From the NCBI GenBank assembly GCA_037441675.1, contig JBBIRS010000001.1, positions 341,661-405,660 on the forward strand: a stretch of 64,000 nucleotides of DNA, read 5' to 3'. How positions within the stretch are numbered: the stretch's first letter is position 1; the number at the start of each line of letters is the position of its first letter. This document shows positions 1-9,629 of this stretch, piece after piece. A program made the translations under genes and the position numbers. This DNA comes from Planctomycetales bacterium. GTDB taxonomy: Bacteria > 4484-113. The notes beneath the pieces are model-generated. The model was given only the letters and a program-made list of their open reading frames with translations. It searched no databases and was not told the origin of the DNA.

Positions 1-731
1 TCCGCTCGTAAAGTTTTGATATTCCTCGTAAAATCAATAATTTTTGACTGAACATTTCTCAAAACATCTCTTGAAAATTCAGTGGTCATCTCTTCAGGAT
101 TTAATTCCATCAATTCTTGGCAGAACTTGCATAAATCATCCATTCTCTTCTCAAAATCTAATTCCTCCACTAGAAACTGAAGCCCAGAGAAGTTCCATAC
201 ACCGTAGGCTCTCAGCTTTGCATAAAGTGTAAGAATGGCATTTTCAAGAGTTGATGAATACTCGTATCTCGTAAAGTAAGAGTTATAGTGAAGGAGCCTG
301 ATAAGAGCGCTACTTCCCGCGTTAGCGTTTCCATACTTATCTCGGAAAATGTGCATCAGGATATATCGTTGCAGGCGAACCGCCTCGCTTTCCTCAAGGA
401 TTGCGAAGTCGGGCTCAACACCTGCGAGGAATGCTTTTTCCGAAAGCTCTCTTCTATAAAAAGCATCAATGGTTGAAACTCTTATAGCTTGAGCAAGTTT
501 AAGTCCCCTTTTGCCTAGCTGAGTGAGAAGGCTCTTAGAAATCTTCTCCCTCATTTCCTCTGCTGCATTTTCTGTAAAGGTGATCGCGAGAATTCTATCC
601 GCATCAAAGTTAAGCGCCACAAGCGTCTCGTAAAAATCTTTTGTCAAAGAAGTGGTTTTTCCAGTGCCCGCGCTGGATAGAAAAATTATTGGCTTTTGGA
701 TAATTTTCTCTATGTTTAACTCTTTACCCAT
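1..731 (-). CDS. addA: AddA/UvrD-type helicase-nuclease subunit A, N-terminal part (runs off window start)
   Basis: Manual minus-strand translation from ATG at 731 gives SSAGTGKT (Walker A), ILAITFTENAAEEMRE and VSTIDAF UvrD motifs; the start overlaps the addB stop. Confidence 0.85.
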   Translation of the reverse strand, partial: MGKELNIEKIIQKPIIFLSSAGTGKTTSLTKDFYETLVALNFDADRILAITFTENAAEEMREKISKSLLTQLGKRGLKLAQAIRVSTIDAFYRRELSEKAFLAGVEPDFAILEESEAVRLQRYILMHIFRDKYGNANAGSSALIRLLHYNSYFTRYEYSSTLENAILTLYAKLRAYGVWNFSGLQFLVEELDFEKRMDDLCKFCQELMELNPEEMTTEFSRDVLRNVQSKIIDFTRNIKTLRA

Positions 732-3700
732 CCCACTTCTTTTGTTCTATTGTTATATCTATCGGACTAGTGGTCGCTTCAACAAAGTTCGGTTCCACCT
801 CAAAGTATAGATCCCTTCTACAGGTATGAAAATGTGCGCATCCATCGCATTCCTGAGTAAAATGTGGCGCGCGAGGAAATTCACCGCTGGTAATTCTTGC
901 AATTGTCTCTGAAATTGCTTTCTCAAATTCTTCCCAGATATCTCCATCTTGCTTTGAATAAATAAGTATGCGATGCGGGTTTAATTCTCTTAAAAGCAGG
1001 TAATTCATCGAGGGTAAAAGCCACTTTCCCCCTTCCTGCGTCTTCCTTAAGAGGTATAGGTAAACCATAGGCGCAACTTCTACCATCGCTTTCAGCTGTT
1101 TAGCCTCATTCTGCCTGAAAGAGCTTTCTCTGCCAGTTTTGTAATCGTAAACTCTCAGGCTGCCATCCTTGCATCTATCAACGCGGTCCAACTTTCCCTT
1201 TAGTTTCACCTCAATGTTAGATAAAAGCTTGAACGAGGTTGAAACTTCAAGCTCTAAGAACTTTGGTTCTTGATGAGATATACGAAGTCTTTGTAATTCT
1301 TTTTTGTGAAAACGCTCAAGGATTTTTGCCCATTCGTTTGTTACTCTTTCAAGCTCCAAATCAAAAATTCCAAGTAGCCTCTTCCTCTCAACAGTAGCCC
1401 TAAGCTTTTCCCTAAGCATCTCTCCCACTGGAAGAGCGGTTGGGAATTTTGCAAAAGCGTCCCTCAAGGCCTGGTGAACAGCTGTCCCGATTTTTCTTTC
1501 GTTTATCAGCTCTTCAATGCTCTCAAGGGGCTCCACATTCCTAAGTAGGTAGGATGCGAAAAACAGATAGGGGCACAAGCGATAGTTACTAAGGTTGGAC
1601 GCGCTTAGCGAAGAAATCCGCATCGCAAAGTTATCCAAAGTAACACTAGGCTTTTCTCGATGGGCGTCACCGATAAGAAAAATCTTCTCAAGCTCGTCTT
1701 TACCCGAAATAACCAAAAGCCCGCTGGCTAAGTTTTCATCAGTGAAGAAGTTACTTGAGCTAATCCTAATTTTCTTTACCGCTTCCCTAAGTGCGCTTCT
1801 TCTTGGATGGGGTATGGGTTGAATCCTTTCATATCTTTCCTTCTTTCCGCTATGTAGAAACAGTGCTTGAACAAACACCGATGGAGCCTGATTTCTGCCC
1901 TCAATATCGCGCCTTGCCAGCGTGATAAAAGTTTTCCTCTTACTCCTCGTAATTGCGGATAAAAATAAGGACTGCTCAAAATCGTAAAGTTCGCTTATAC
2001 TGGGAATGCTGTATAAGCTCGCCAATCCTGGTAGTGTCTCCGCGGTAAGATTCGCGGATATTTGACCAGGGTAGTGTGAAGCGTCAGCCTGGGCGATGAA
2101 TACGTATTGTTTTTGCCACTGTCTCGCGCTGATGGCGTCAACTAAATATACGCTTCCCACCGTCTTTTCCGGCGGAAGGTTCAACAGAGCCTCAATCGCT
2201 GAATCTACTATTTCAACAAGTCCCTCAAACTTTCTCTTCTCATCCTTGTACTCCTTTGAAATTATTCCCTCCCGTAAAGAGATTGATAAGATAAGTTTTT
2301 TAATATGCGCTAATTCATCCTCTACTAATAACTCTGCATTTAATTTCCTAACTATCTCAGAAGAATTCAAAAGTGCCTTTGAGATCACTTGAGCGGTTCT
2401 TCTAACTGCTTCTGATGGGTTTAAGTGGCGCAAGCTAGCTATGCTCTTTCTTTCGCTTTCCAAATTTTTAAGTATATTAACAAGCTCTTCTTCGCCAAGT
2501 TCATTTAACGTAAATTCAAAGAGCTCCTCATCTATGAACCCGCTGTAGCGGTAAATATTTTTGAATAAAGCTTGCTTGTCCTTTGCGAAAAATGGGCCGA
2601 TGGATGTGAGTAAATTCTCCCTGTTTGTTTCGTTAGGCTCTGCTAAGTAGTGAATTAAAGCCCGAAGAACCGCAAGGTAAGGCTTATCCCCCTTTCTAGT
2701 TACAGGAATAATAATGGGTATCCCGCGTTTTCTGCACTCAAGTCTAAGAATATCCGTGAATGGCTCTTCCAACCTTCTCGTAATTATCAAAAATTCATCA
2801 AGAGGGACTAATTCACGCTGGTGTAGCTCCAAGATTTTGTCCGCGATAAAGCTTGCCTCTGCGATGTGAGTTCTGTGCAAGCTTACGTTCACATTTTCAA
2901 TCTCAAAGTCAGATAAAGAAAAGGCCTCATCACTTTGATTTGCCTTCCTTTCCATACCTGCCATCTCGTTAAGCAGTGGCACGTGGACGCTCTCAACTTC
3001 TGCAATCCTTTCCAGGCTAGCGTCGATTTTTTCTTTTGCCCACGATAAAAAGCGCCTTGTGGTTTCATCGCCTGGAATATCGAGCAAGCTCATAGCAAAG
3101 GTGCTAGCTCTCCGAGAAAGTTCCGTTATTGCCACACGATAAAGGTAATAGGCGTCATAGAAGCCATCCAGCAGAAGAACAGATGGAAGGCGAATGGCAT
3201 CCCCCTTCCCTTGCTCACAAATTAGTTTTGCTACTAACTTCTCCTGAGCGAAAAGACCATCGTAAAGTGAATTTTCAGTTAGAATTTGGAAGTACGCAAT
3301 AGCCAAGTTATGCAAAAAAGTCTCAAAGGGTGAAAGCCTCTTCTCAAACACTTCCTCATTCCCACCGGAAGATAACCGCTTCAGGAACAAACCGCTGTGG
3401 CGAAGGCTGATGATAATTTTCCGAAGATAAGCGTAGTTTCTAGCGGATAATTTGATGTTAAGTTCGCGGGGAATATCTACTCGCTTGAGTGCTTCTTGGA
3501 TAAGCAAGGTTTCTTCAGCAATATTTAGGCATCTTCCCGAAACGACTAGGTTCTTTTCCGCTAAAGTGTGCAGAAATTCGGGTAGCGCGGAAATCTCATC
3601 CTCAAAAATAACCTTCGTGGGAGATTTTCGCGCAAGCAAGGCTCTCAGGTATTCCCGCTCAGTGACATCTGGAACGATAAAAGCTCGCTCGCCGAATGGA

Positions 3701-3792
3701 TTATCAGCCAGGTGGCTTAGAAATAAGTCCACAAGTTTCTGCGTCTTTCCGCTCTGGGGTGGACCTACTAAAAGAATCTTTCTTTCTTTCAT
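724..3792 (-). CDS. addB: AddB-like helicase-nuclease subunit B with C-terminal PD-(D/E)XK nuclease and Fe-S cysteines
   Basis: N-terminal GPPQSGKT, LSASNLSNYRLCPY, GKLDRVD...VYDYKTG nuclease motif, CDGCAHFHTC; directly upstream of addA. Confidence 0.8.
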   Translation of the reverse strand: MKERKILLVGPPQSGKTQKLVDLFLSHLADNPFGERAFIVPDVTEREYLRALLARKSPTKVIFEDEISALPEFLHTLAEKNLVVSGRCLNIAEETLLIQEALKRVDIPRELNIKLSARNYAYLRKIIISLRHSGLFLKRLSSGGNEEVFEKRLSPFETFLHNLAIAYFQILTENSLYDGLFAQEKLVAKLICEQGKGDAIRLPSVLLLDGFYDAYYLYRVAITELSRRASTFAMSLLDIPGDETTRRFLSWAKEKIDASLERIAEVESVHVPLLNEMAGMERKANQSDEAFSLSDFEIENVNVSLHRTHIAEASFIADKILELHQRELVPLDEFLIITRRLEEPFTDILRLECRKRGIPIIIPVTRKGDKPYLAVLRALIHYLAEPNETNRENLLTSIGPFFAKDKQALFKNIYRYSGFIDEELFEFTLNELGEEELVNILKNLESERKSIASLRHLNPSEAVRRTAQVISKALLNSSEIVRKLNAELLVEDELAHIKKLILSISLREGIISKEYKDEKRKFEGLVEIVDSAIEALLNLPPEKTVGSVYLVDAISARQWQKQYVFIAQADASHYPGQISANLTAETLPGLASLYSIPSISELYDFEQSLFLSAITRSKRKTFITLARRDIEGRNQAPSVFVQALFLHSGKKERYERIQPIPHPRRSALREAVKKIRISSSNFFTDENLASGLLVISGKDELEKIFLIGDAHREKPSVTLDNFAMRISSLSASNLSNYRLCPYLFFASYLLRNVEPLESIEELINERKIGTAVHQALRDAFAKFPTALPVGEMLREKLRATVERKRLLGIFDLELERVTNEWAKILERFHKKELQRLRISHQEPKFLELEVSTSFKLLSNIEVKLKGKLDRVDRCKDGSLRVYDYKTGRESSFRQNEAKQLKAMVEVAPMVYLYLLRKTQEGGKWLLPSMNYLLLRELNPHRILIYSKQDGDIWEEFEKAISETIARITSGEFPRAPHFTQECDGCAHFHTCRRDLYFEVEPNFVEATTSPIDITIEQKKWDG

Positions 3793-3850
3793 ACCAGAAT
3801 CTAGTTGCTATAATACCAGTTAAATCCTTTGAGAGTTCTTGATAAATCAA

Positions 3851-6340
3851 ATGATTGAGTACGATTCTGCAAAAATTGAAGCTAAATGGCAAAGGAGATG
3901 GGCACAAGCCAATGCCTTTTGCGCGAAGGATTTTGATGCTGAAAGAAAAAAGCGGTACGTGCTGGTGATGTTTCCCTATCCCAGCGGAGACCTCCATATG
4001 GGTCACCTTAGAAACTACACCATTGGCGACGTAGTGGCTCGCTATTATAGAATGCTTGGTTATAACGTTCTCAATCCAATGGGATTTGATGCATTTGGGC
4101 TTCCTGCGGAACAAGCTGCAATTGACCGTCAAGTTCATCCAAGGGATTGGACAAACGAAGCGATAAAAACCCATAAACGCCAGTTGGAACAGGCTGGCTT
4201 TTCCTACGACTGGGCTCGAATGGTCAACACAAGTTCCCCCGATTACTACAAGTTTACTCAATGGATTTTCCTGAAGCTTTTTGAGATGGGTCTTGTTTAC
4301 AGGAGAGAGGCGCCAGTTAATTGGTGCGAGGAGCATGGAGTATTGGCGGATGAGGAAGCGCCTGAGGGCAGATGCTGGCGTTGTGGAGAAATTGTTCATG
4401 CTAAGATGCTCTCACAGTGGTTTATTAAAACTACCGAGTTTGCCGATGAACTCCTTCGTGGCATTGAAGCTCTCAACGAATGGCCTGAACGAGTTAGAGT
4501 TATGCAGAGAAATTGGATCGGTAGAAGCATGGGGACTGAGGTGAAATTTTATATTCCCGCAATTAACAAATCCGTTGAAGTTTTCACAACAAGGGCAGAT
4601 ACTTTATTTGGCGTAACTTTTCTTGCCTTTGCGCCCGAGCATAATCTAGCTGAAGAGCTTGCAAAAATTGGCGGGAAATTGGACGAGTTCACCTCATTTC
4701 GTGAAGCTGTTAATAAAGTTTCAACCATTGAACGCTTTGCTGAAGAAAAGGAAAAGTCTGGCATCTATCTTGGTCTCAACGCAGTTCATCCTTTAACAGG
4801 CGAAGAGATTCCTCTCTACTGCGCAGATTATGTCCTTATGGAATACGGAACAGGTGTGGTTATGGGCGTTCCAGCGCACGATACAAGAGATTTCCTTTTC
4901 GCCAAGAAGTATGAACTGCCGATAATTAAAGTAATTGAACGAAACGAAGATTCCTCCAATGAGGGTGAGGCAGAACTTCCCTACACAGGTTATGGAGTGA
5001 TGGTTAATTCAAACGAATTCAGCGGAAAGAAAAGCGAGGAAGGAATACGTGAATTGAACACTCTGATTGAGAGTAAGGGGCTTGGGGGTGCGAAGGTTCA
5101 GTATCGCATGCGTGACTGGCTGGTGTCACGCCAAAGATACTGGGGGGTGCCCATTCCAATTGTCTGGTGCGACAATTGTGGAGCGGTCCCTGAAAAGTAT
5201 GATAATCTCCCGGTTATTCTTCCTGAAAATGTTGAATTCACCGCAACACCATCCGGTAGACTCGCTACAAATCCAGATTTTGTTCGGACCGTCTGTCCCA
5301 ACTGCGGAAGAAGCGCCAAAAGAGAAACCGACACTATGAGCACCTTCGTGGATAGCGCCTGGTACTTCCTCCGTTACTGTGACCCAAAAAGCGAAAAAGA
5401 ACCATTCAGAAAGGAACTCGTTGACTATTGGATGCCGGTGGACGAGTACATTGGCGGTATAGAACACGCGGTGGGGCATCTCCTCTACTCAAGATTTATC
5501 TGTTACGCTCTTAACCGCGCGGGAGTTATTAGCTTCAAGGAGCCCTTTAGAAGGCTCTTCACCCAGGGAATGCTCTACAAGGATGGCGCAAAGATGAGCA
5601 AGAGCAAGGGCAATGTGGTGAGCGTAGACCATTTTCTTCAGAAGTACGGTTCAGACACCGCCCGAATGATTAGCCTCTTTTGGGGTCCACCGGAGCGAGA
5701 TGTAGAATGGCAGGAAGGTGGCGTTGAGGGTTGCTTTAGGTTTATTAAACGTCTTTTCAACTTTTTTGTAAGCACCTGGGATTATGTAAAAGATGCAACT
5801 TCTGTTAACTTAGAAAATCCAAGCGATCAGGAGAAAGAGTTTCTCCATATTATTCATAGCGGAATTTACGACGTTACTGAGACTCTAAACAACTGGCACT
5901 TCAACACTACGGTGAGTTCGCTAATGATACTTTTCAATCGGCTCTCGGACGCATGGGGCAAGCTCTCCGATAAGCAGAAAGGCTTAATGTCACTCCGTTT
6001 CTTGCTTAAAGAAGCTCTTTTGACCCTGCTCAAACTTCTAAGTCCGATAAGCCCTCATGTTGCGGAGGAGCTGTGGGAATTTTCTGGCCAATCGGGTTTT
6101 GTAATGCACGCAGAATGGCCAAAGTACGACGAGAGGTTCCTCAAGAGAGCGGAGATAGAGTACGGCATTAGCATTAATGGCAAGCCAAGAAGCACCATCA
6201 CCGTTCAGTTGGGTACCGACTTGGAGGATGTCCGCAGGCTGGCGCTGGAAGAACCCAAAGTCAAGAGCCTAGTCGCAGGCAAAAAAGTAATTCGCGTGAT
6301 TGTTGTTCCTGATAGGCTTGTCAACATTGTTGTCCGTTGA
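3851..6340 (+). CDS. leuS: Leucine--tRNA ligase
   Basis: MFPYPSGDLHMGH (HIGH), KMSKS, DWLVSRQRYWG; ATG at 3851 preferred over TTG at 3839. Confidence 0.97.
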   Translation: MIEYDSAKIEAKWQRRWAQANAFCAKDFDAERKKRYVLVMFPYPSGDLHMGHLRNYTIGDVVARYYRMLGYNVLNPMGFDAFGLPAEQAAIDRQVHPRDWTNEAIKTHKRQLEQAGFSYDWARMVNTSSPDYYKFTQWIFLKLFEMGLVYRREAPVNWCEEHGVLADEEAPEGRCWRCGEIVHAKMLSQWFIKTTEFADELLRGIEALNEWPERVRVMQRNWIGRSMGTEVKFYIPAINKSVEVFTTRADTLFGVTFLAFAPEHNLAEELAKIGGKLDEFTSFREAVNKVSTIERFAEEKEKSGIYLGLNAVHPLTGEEIPLYCADYVLMEYGTGVVMGVPAHDTRDFLFAKKYELPIIKVIERNEDSSNEGEAELPYTGYGVMVNSNEFSGKKSEEGIRELNTLIESKGLGGAKVQYRMRDWLVSRQRYWGVPIPIVWCDNCGAVPEKYDNLPVILPENVEFTATPSGRLATNPDFVRTVCPNCGRSAKRETDTMSTFVDSAWYFLRYCDPKSEKEPFRKELVDYWMPVDEYIGGIEHAVGHLLYSRFICYALNRAGVISFKEPFRRLFTQGMLYKDGAKMSKSKGNVVSVDHFLQKYGSDTARMISLFWGPPERDVEWQEGGVEGCFRFIKRLFNFFVSTWDYVKDATSVNLENPSDQEKEFLHIIHSGIYDVTETLNNWHFNTTVSSLMILFNRLSDAWGKLSDKQKGLMSLRFLLKEALLTLLKLLSPISPHVAEELWEFSGQSGFVMHAEWPKYDERFLKRAEIEYGISINGKPRSTITVQLGTDLEDVRRLALEEPKVKSLVAGKKVIRVIVVPDRLVNIVVR

Positions 6341-6364
6341 GAAGCTTGATGGAGATAGATTGGG

Positions 6365-6871
6365 ATGCTTTTCAGGACGAAAGTATTAGTTTTTGGAGGG
6401 TTAGCGGTAGCCATCTTGAGTATTCTCTCTTTGCTGGTAGCTAACGGAGTAAGACCCACACTGCCACCGCAGAGTGAATTATTTAAGCAGGATGCCGTTA
6501 AGTTAGATAATCTCTCCTTTGTCCCCACGGAGAAAAATACTCTTCCAACCCTTACGCCTGATGATTCAAAAGTAAAAGAAACATCCTCAGAGAGAAATAA
6601 TGTCTCAAGTAAAATAAATAAGGCAGGAAGCAAAAGCACGAAAAAAGGGTCCAAGAAAAAAACAGCGGTTCTAAATTATCCGTTAAACCTGAACCGTGCG
6701 ACGAAGGAAGAACTGATGCTTCTTCCCGGCATTGGCGAAGTGCTGGCGCAAAGAATTATTGATGAGAGAGAGAGAAGAGGTGGTTTCAAGAGCATTGACG
6801 AACTTTTGGAGCTAAAGGGTATTGGCGAAAAGAAACTCAGTGAGATTAAGCCTTTGGTTACTCTAAAGTAA
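6365..6871 (+). CDS. comEA: ComEA-family helix-hairpin-helix DNA-binding protein
   Basis: N-terminal TM segment, LNLNRATKEELMLLPGIGEVLAQRII and LKGIGEK HhH repeats. Confidence 0.85.
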   Translation: MLFRTKVLVFGGLAVAILSILSLLVANGVRPTLPPQSELFKQDAVKLDNLSFVPTEKNTLPTLTPDDSKVKETSSERNNVSSKINKAGSKSTKKGSKKKTAVLNYPLNLNRATKEELMLLPGIGEVLAQRIIDERERRGGFKSIDELLELKGIGEKKLSEIKPLVTLK

Positions 6872-7185
6872 TGTCTTTTTACAGATTAACACGTGGCGGA
6901 TTGGAATTGACGATAAAAGTTAGGCCTGCTTCAAATCGCCAGGGCATCGAAATCTCTGCAGAGAGGATGATTGTCTCTGTTAAAAGTCAGGCGGAAAAAG
7001 GTAAGGCTAACGAAGAGCTTATCAAACTCCTTTCGAATAAGTTACATATCCCAAGAGATAGAGTGAGAATACTTTCAGGACATTTTTCAAGAGTGAAGAA
7101 GCTCCTTATTATTGGCGCAGAGGATAAAATGGTGGAAGAATTGCTATCCCATTCCCCTTTTTCCCAAAACCGCAAAACCAAGTAA
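6871..7185 (+). CDS. DUF167/YggU family protein
   Basis: IKVRP...GKANEELIKLLS...G..SRVK pattern. Confidence 0.8.
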   Translation: MSFYRLTRGGLELTIKVRPASNRQGIEISAERMIVSVKSQAEKGKANEELIKLLSNKLHIPRDRVRILSGHFSRVKKLLIIGAEDKMVEELLSHSPFSQNRKTK

Positions 7186-7248
7186 ATAGTTTAATAGACA
7201 AATCCTAACTAAACGAGAGAAATAGCTTCAGCAGAGCTTCCAAACTTC

Positions 7249-7461
7249 TTAATTCTTCACGCTGATTTTAAGCTTCGGTGTTCTGCTGAGAGTTTTGAGA
7301 GCTTTAGCTGTAAGCTTAACCTTTCTCCGAACTCCGTTTTCGTCAATAATTACCGCTGTGCGTAGATTAGGATACCACTTGCGCTTAGTGTGCCTTTGGG
7401 AGTGGGAAACATTATGCCCGCTAATTGGCTTCTTGCCGGTTATTTCACACTTCTTCGCCAT
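7249..7461 (-). CDS. rpmB: 50S ribosomal protein L28
   Basis: [33 protein letters not shown]. Confidence 0.97.
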   Translation of the reverse strand: MAKKCEITGKKPISGHNVSHSQRHTKRKWYPNLRTAVIIDENGVRRKVKLTAKALKTLSRTPKLKISVKN

Positions 7462-7723
7462 TTCAATTTATATGCTCAATATTTGTTAAAGCTTATTATA
7501 CCTTAGAATCTTGAGGGCTATTTTTTAGCACAGCTACTTTCATTAGTCAAATGTTAGATTTGTAAAATCATATCAAAGGGTTGTGTGACCATTATTGTAA
7601 AATGTTTCTTAACTATATTTATAGTTTTTTTTGATCTTTAGTTTCAGAATTGCTCTAGCTACCTCGTATATAGTATAATATTTTTTGCTAAATTGCCATG
7701 AAGAAACATTTCGGAGGAAGAAT

Positions 7724-8836
7724 ATGGTAAGAATTTTGTCTTCAAAAATACTTATGTTCAAATTGGTAGCGTTTGTTAGCATTCTGCTTTTTCTCGTTTT
7801 GCCCTCTTGCGGTGGCAAGGTTCAACAGCCGCTATTGGTGCCAAAGGCTGAAAGCGTCTCCACAGCTCAAGACAGTTTAGCCTTACAAATTCCCCTTGAT
7901 GATACCGCTTCCTGGCACAGCCTGATTGGAAACACAAAAGAGCTGGATGAGAAGGTTAGATATCTTAGCTTATATCTGGAAGCTCTCCTTGAGGATGCTT
8001 CAAAGAGAACGAGCCTTCCCCCAACAACTGCTTCCGGTTATGTGTCGGATTTGACTTATCTAGTGAATCTCTCCGGCGATTTTACATTTACTTGGAGCTA
8101 CATCAACCTAGGGGATTACAATCAAGATGGAGTTGTAAGCATCGGAGACGTTCTTCCACTTGCCAGGCATTTCTTTCATACCTCAGAAGCCCGCGGTGGT
8201 ACTCCCACCGATGCGGAGGACATTGTAATTGATGGAAACCTGGATGGTGTTATCAACATTGCAGATGTGAAACCTCTCGCGGATAATTTCTTCAGAACCG
8301 TTCATGGTTACGTGCTAGAGCAAAGCGTTGATGATAAGAACTCATGGACAGAGCTAGGTCGATTTACCAAAGCGGAGCTTTCTCAAGCTGGAACCGGCAG
8401 GATTACGATGGCACTTGTGTATGACACGCCCATAGATAACTCCTGGTATCGCGTCCGCCCATATCAGGACGGAAATGATACGCTTGGTATTCCTAGCAAC
8501 GAAGTCCAGTACATCAGAGGAGCGAACGGAATAATACTAAGGCTTATTACTCCTGCGGAGAGTGGCAATGGGACTGAGGAGAGCCCATATGTCATCAACG
8601 TTTCCAGTCCATATGAGTTACGAGTGGAAACGATTCAGGGTAGCGATGTGAGCGCGTTAGCGGAGATCTCCGCAACGCCTCCTTTCCTAAAGACCATAGC
8701 CGAGGAAGTTCCAAGAACCTTGACGGTGGATGATCCTTTTGCTGGTGAATTTTATATCCAAGCAACCCTATCTGGCGAAACGAATTTTGAAAGCAACGTT
8801 CTCTGGTTTACGGTTCAGGGTGGCTTGCCATCCTAG
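7724..8836 (+). CDS. Lipoprotein with dockerin/EF-hand-like Ca-binding repeat pair
   Basis: Lipobox-like LPSC after hydrophobic stretch; GDYNQDGVVSIGD and DGNLDGVINIAD repeats. Start uncertain (7685-7754). Confidence 0.65.
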   Translation: MVRILSSKILMFKLVAFVSILLFLVLPSCGGKVQQPLLVPKAESVSTAQDSLALQIPLDDTASWHSLIGNTKELDEKVRYLSLYLEALLEDASKRTSLPPTTASGYVSDLTYLVNLSGDFTFTWSYINLGDYNQDGVVSIGDVLPLARHFFHTSEARGGTPTDAEDIVIDGNLDGVINIADVKPLADNFFRTVHGYVLEQSVDDKNSWTELGRFTKAELSQAGTGRITMALVYDTPIDNSWYRVRPYQDGNDTLGIPSNEVQYIRGANGIILRLITPAESGNGTEESPYVINVSSPYELRVETIQGSDVSALAEISATPPFLKTIAEEVPRTLTVDDPFAGEFYIQATLSGETNFESNVLWFTVQGGLPS

Positions 8837-8902
8837 TCTCATTGCTTAGAAACAAACATATCTTAAGCTAATCACGCAGAAAAAAGTATAGGTTGCTTCG
8901 CC

Positions 8903-9556
8903 TCAAGAAGCGCAAGCTATCCTTTCAATATAACCGCACCAGCTATCCATCCCCTGACCCGTTTTAGCTGACAGGAAAAAGACAGAAGCTCTCGGATTAA
9001 TGGCGCTTAGATCAGCCTTTACTTTTTCCAAACTGAAATCGCAGTGTTCAAGCAGATCAATTTTGCTTATGACAACAGCGCCTGCCCCATAGAAGGCGGT
9101 TTTATACTTCTCAACCTTATCGCTTCCCTCGGTGACGGAAAGAATTACTACCCTATAGTTCTCGCCTATGTCCCAAACGCTCGGGCAAACCAGGTTTCCA
9201 ACGTTTTCAATAAATAAAAGGTTTATACCGCTAAGTTGAATCTCATTGAGTGCGCTTTTAACCATCGGCGCGGTAAGATGACAACTTCCCTCCGTGTTGA
9301 GTTGAAATGCGATGGCTCCCGCTTTCTCCACGCGCTCAGCGTCCAACGGTGTGAATAAATCACCCGTGATTACCCCAAAGTTTATCTTGCCCTTCATCAG
9401 GCTAATCGTTCTCTCAATTAGTGTGGTTTTTCCACTGCCGGGTGAACTTATTAAGTTTATTGAAGTAATCTTTAAGTTCTTGAGGTTTTCGCGGATTTCT
9501 CTTGCCACTTCGTCGTTTCTTTCAGATATTGCCTTCATTATCTTTACTTTGACCAT
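8903..9556 (-). CDS. hypB: Hydrogenase nickel-incorporation GTPase HypB
   Basis: SSPGSGKTT, SCHL, ENVGNLVCP, SVTEG.DK, SAKTG motifs. Confidence 0.95.
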   Translation of the reverse strand: MVKVKIMKAISERNDEVAREIRENLKNLKITSINLISSPGSGKTTLIERTISLMKGKINFGVITGDLFTPLDAERVEKAGAIAFQLNTEGSCHLTAPMVKSALNEIQLSGINLLFIENVGNLVCPSVWDIGENYRVVILSVTEGSDKVEKYKTAFYGAGAVVISKIDLLEHCDFSLEKVKADLSAINPRASVFFLSAKTGQGMDSWCGYIERIACAS

Positions 9557-9629
9557 TTACGAATCTCCATTCACGTATTAAGCAAAAATAGCTTGGTATT
9601 TCGGCGATACACTTACCAAAAATCTCAAA

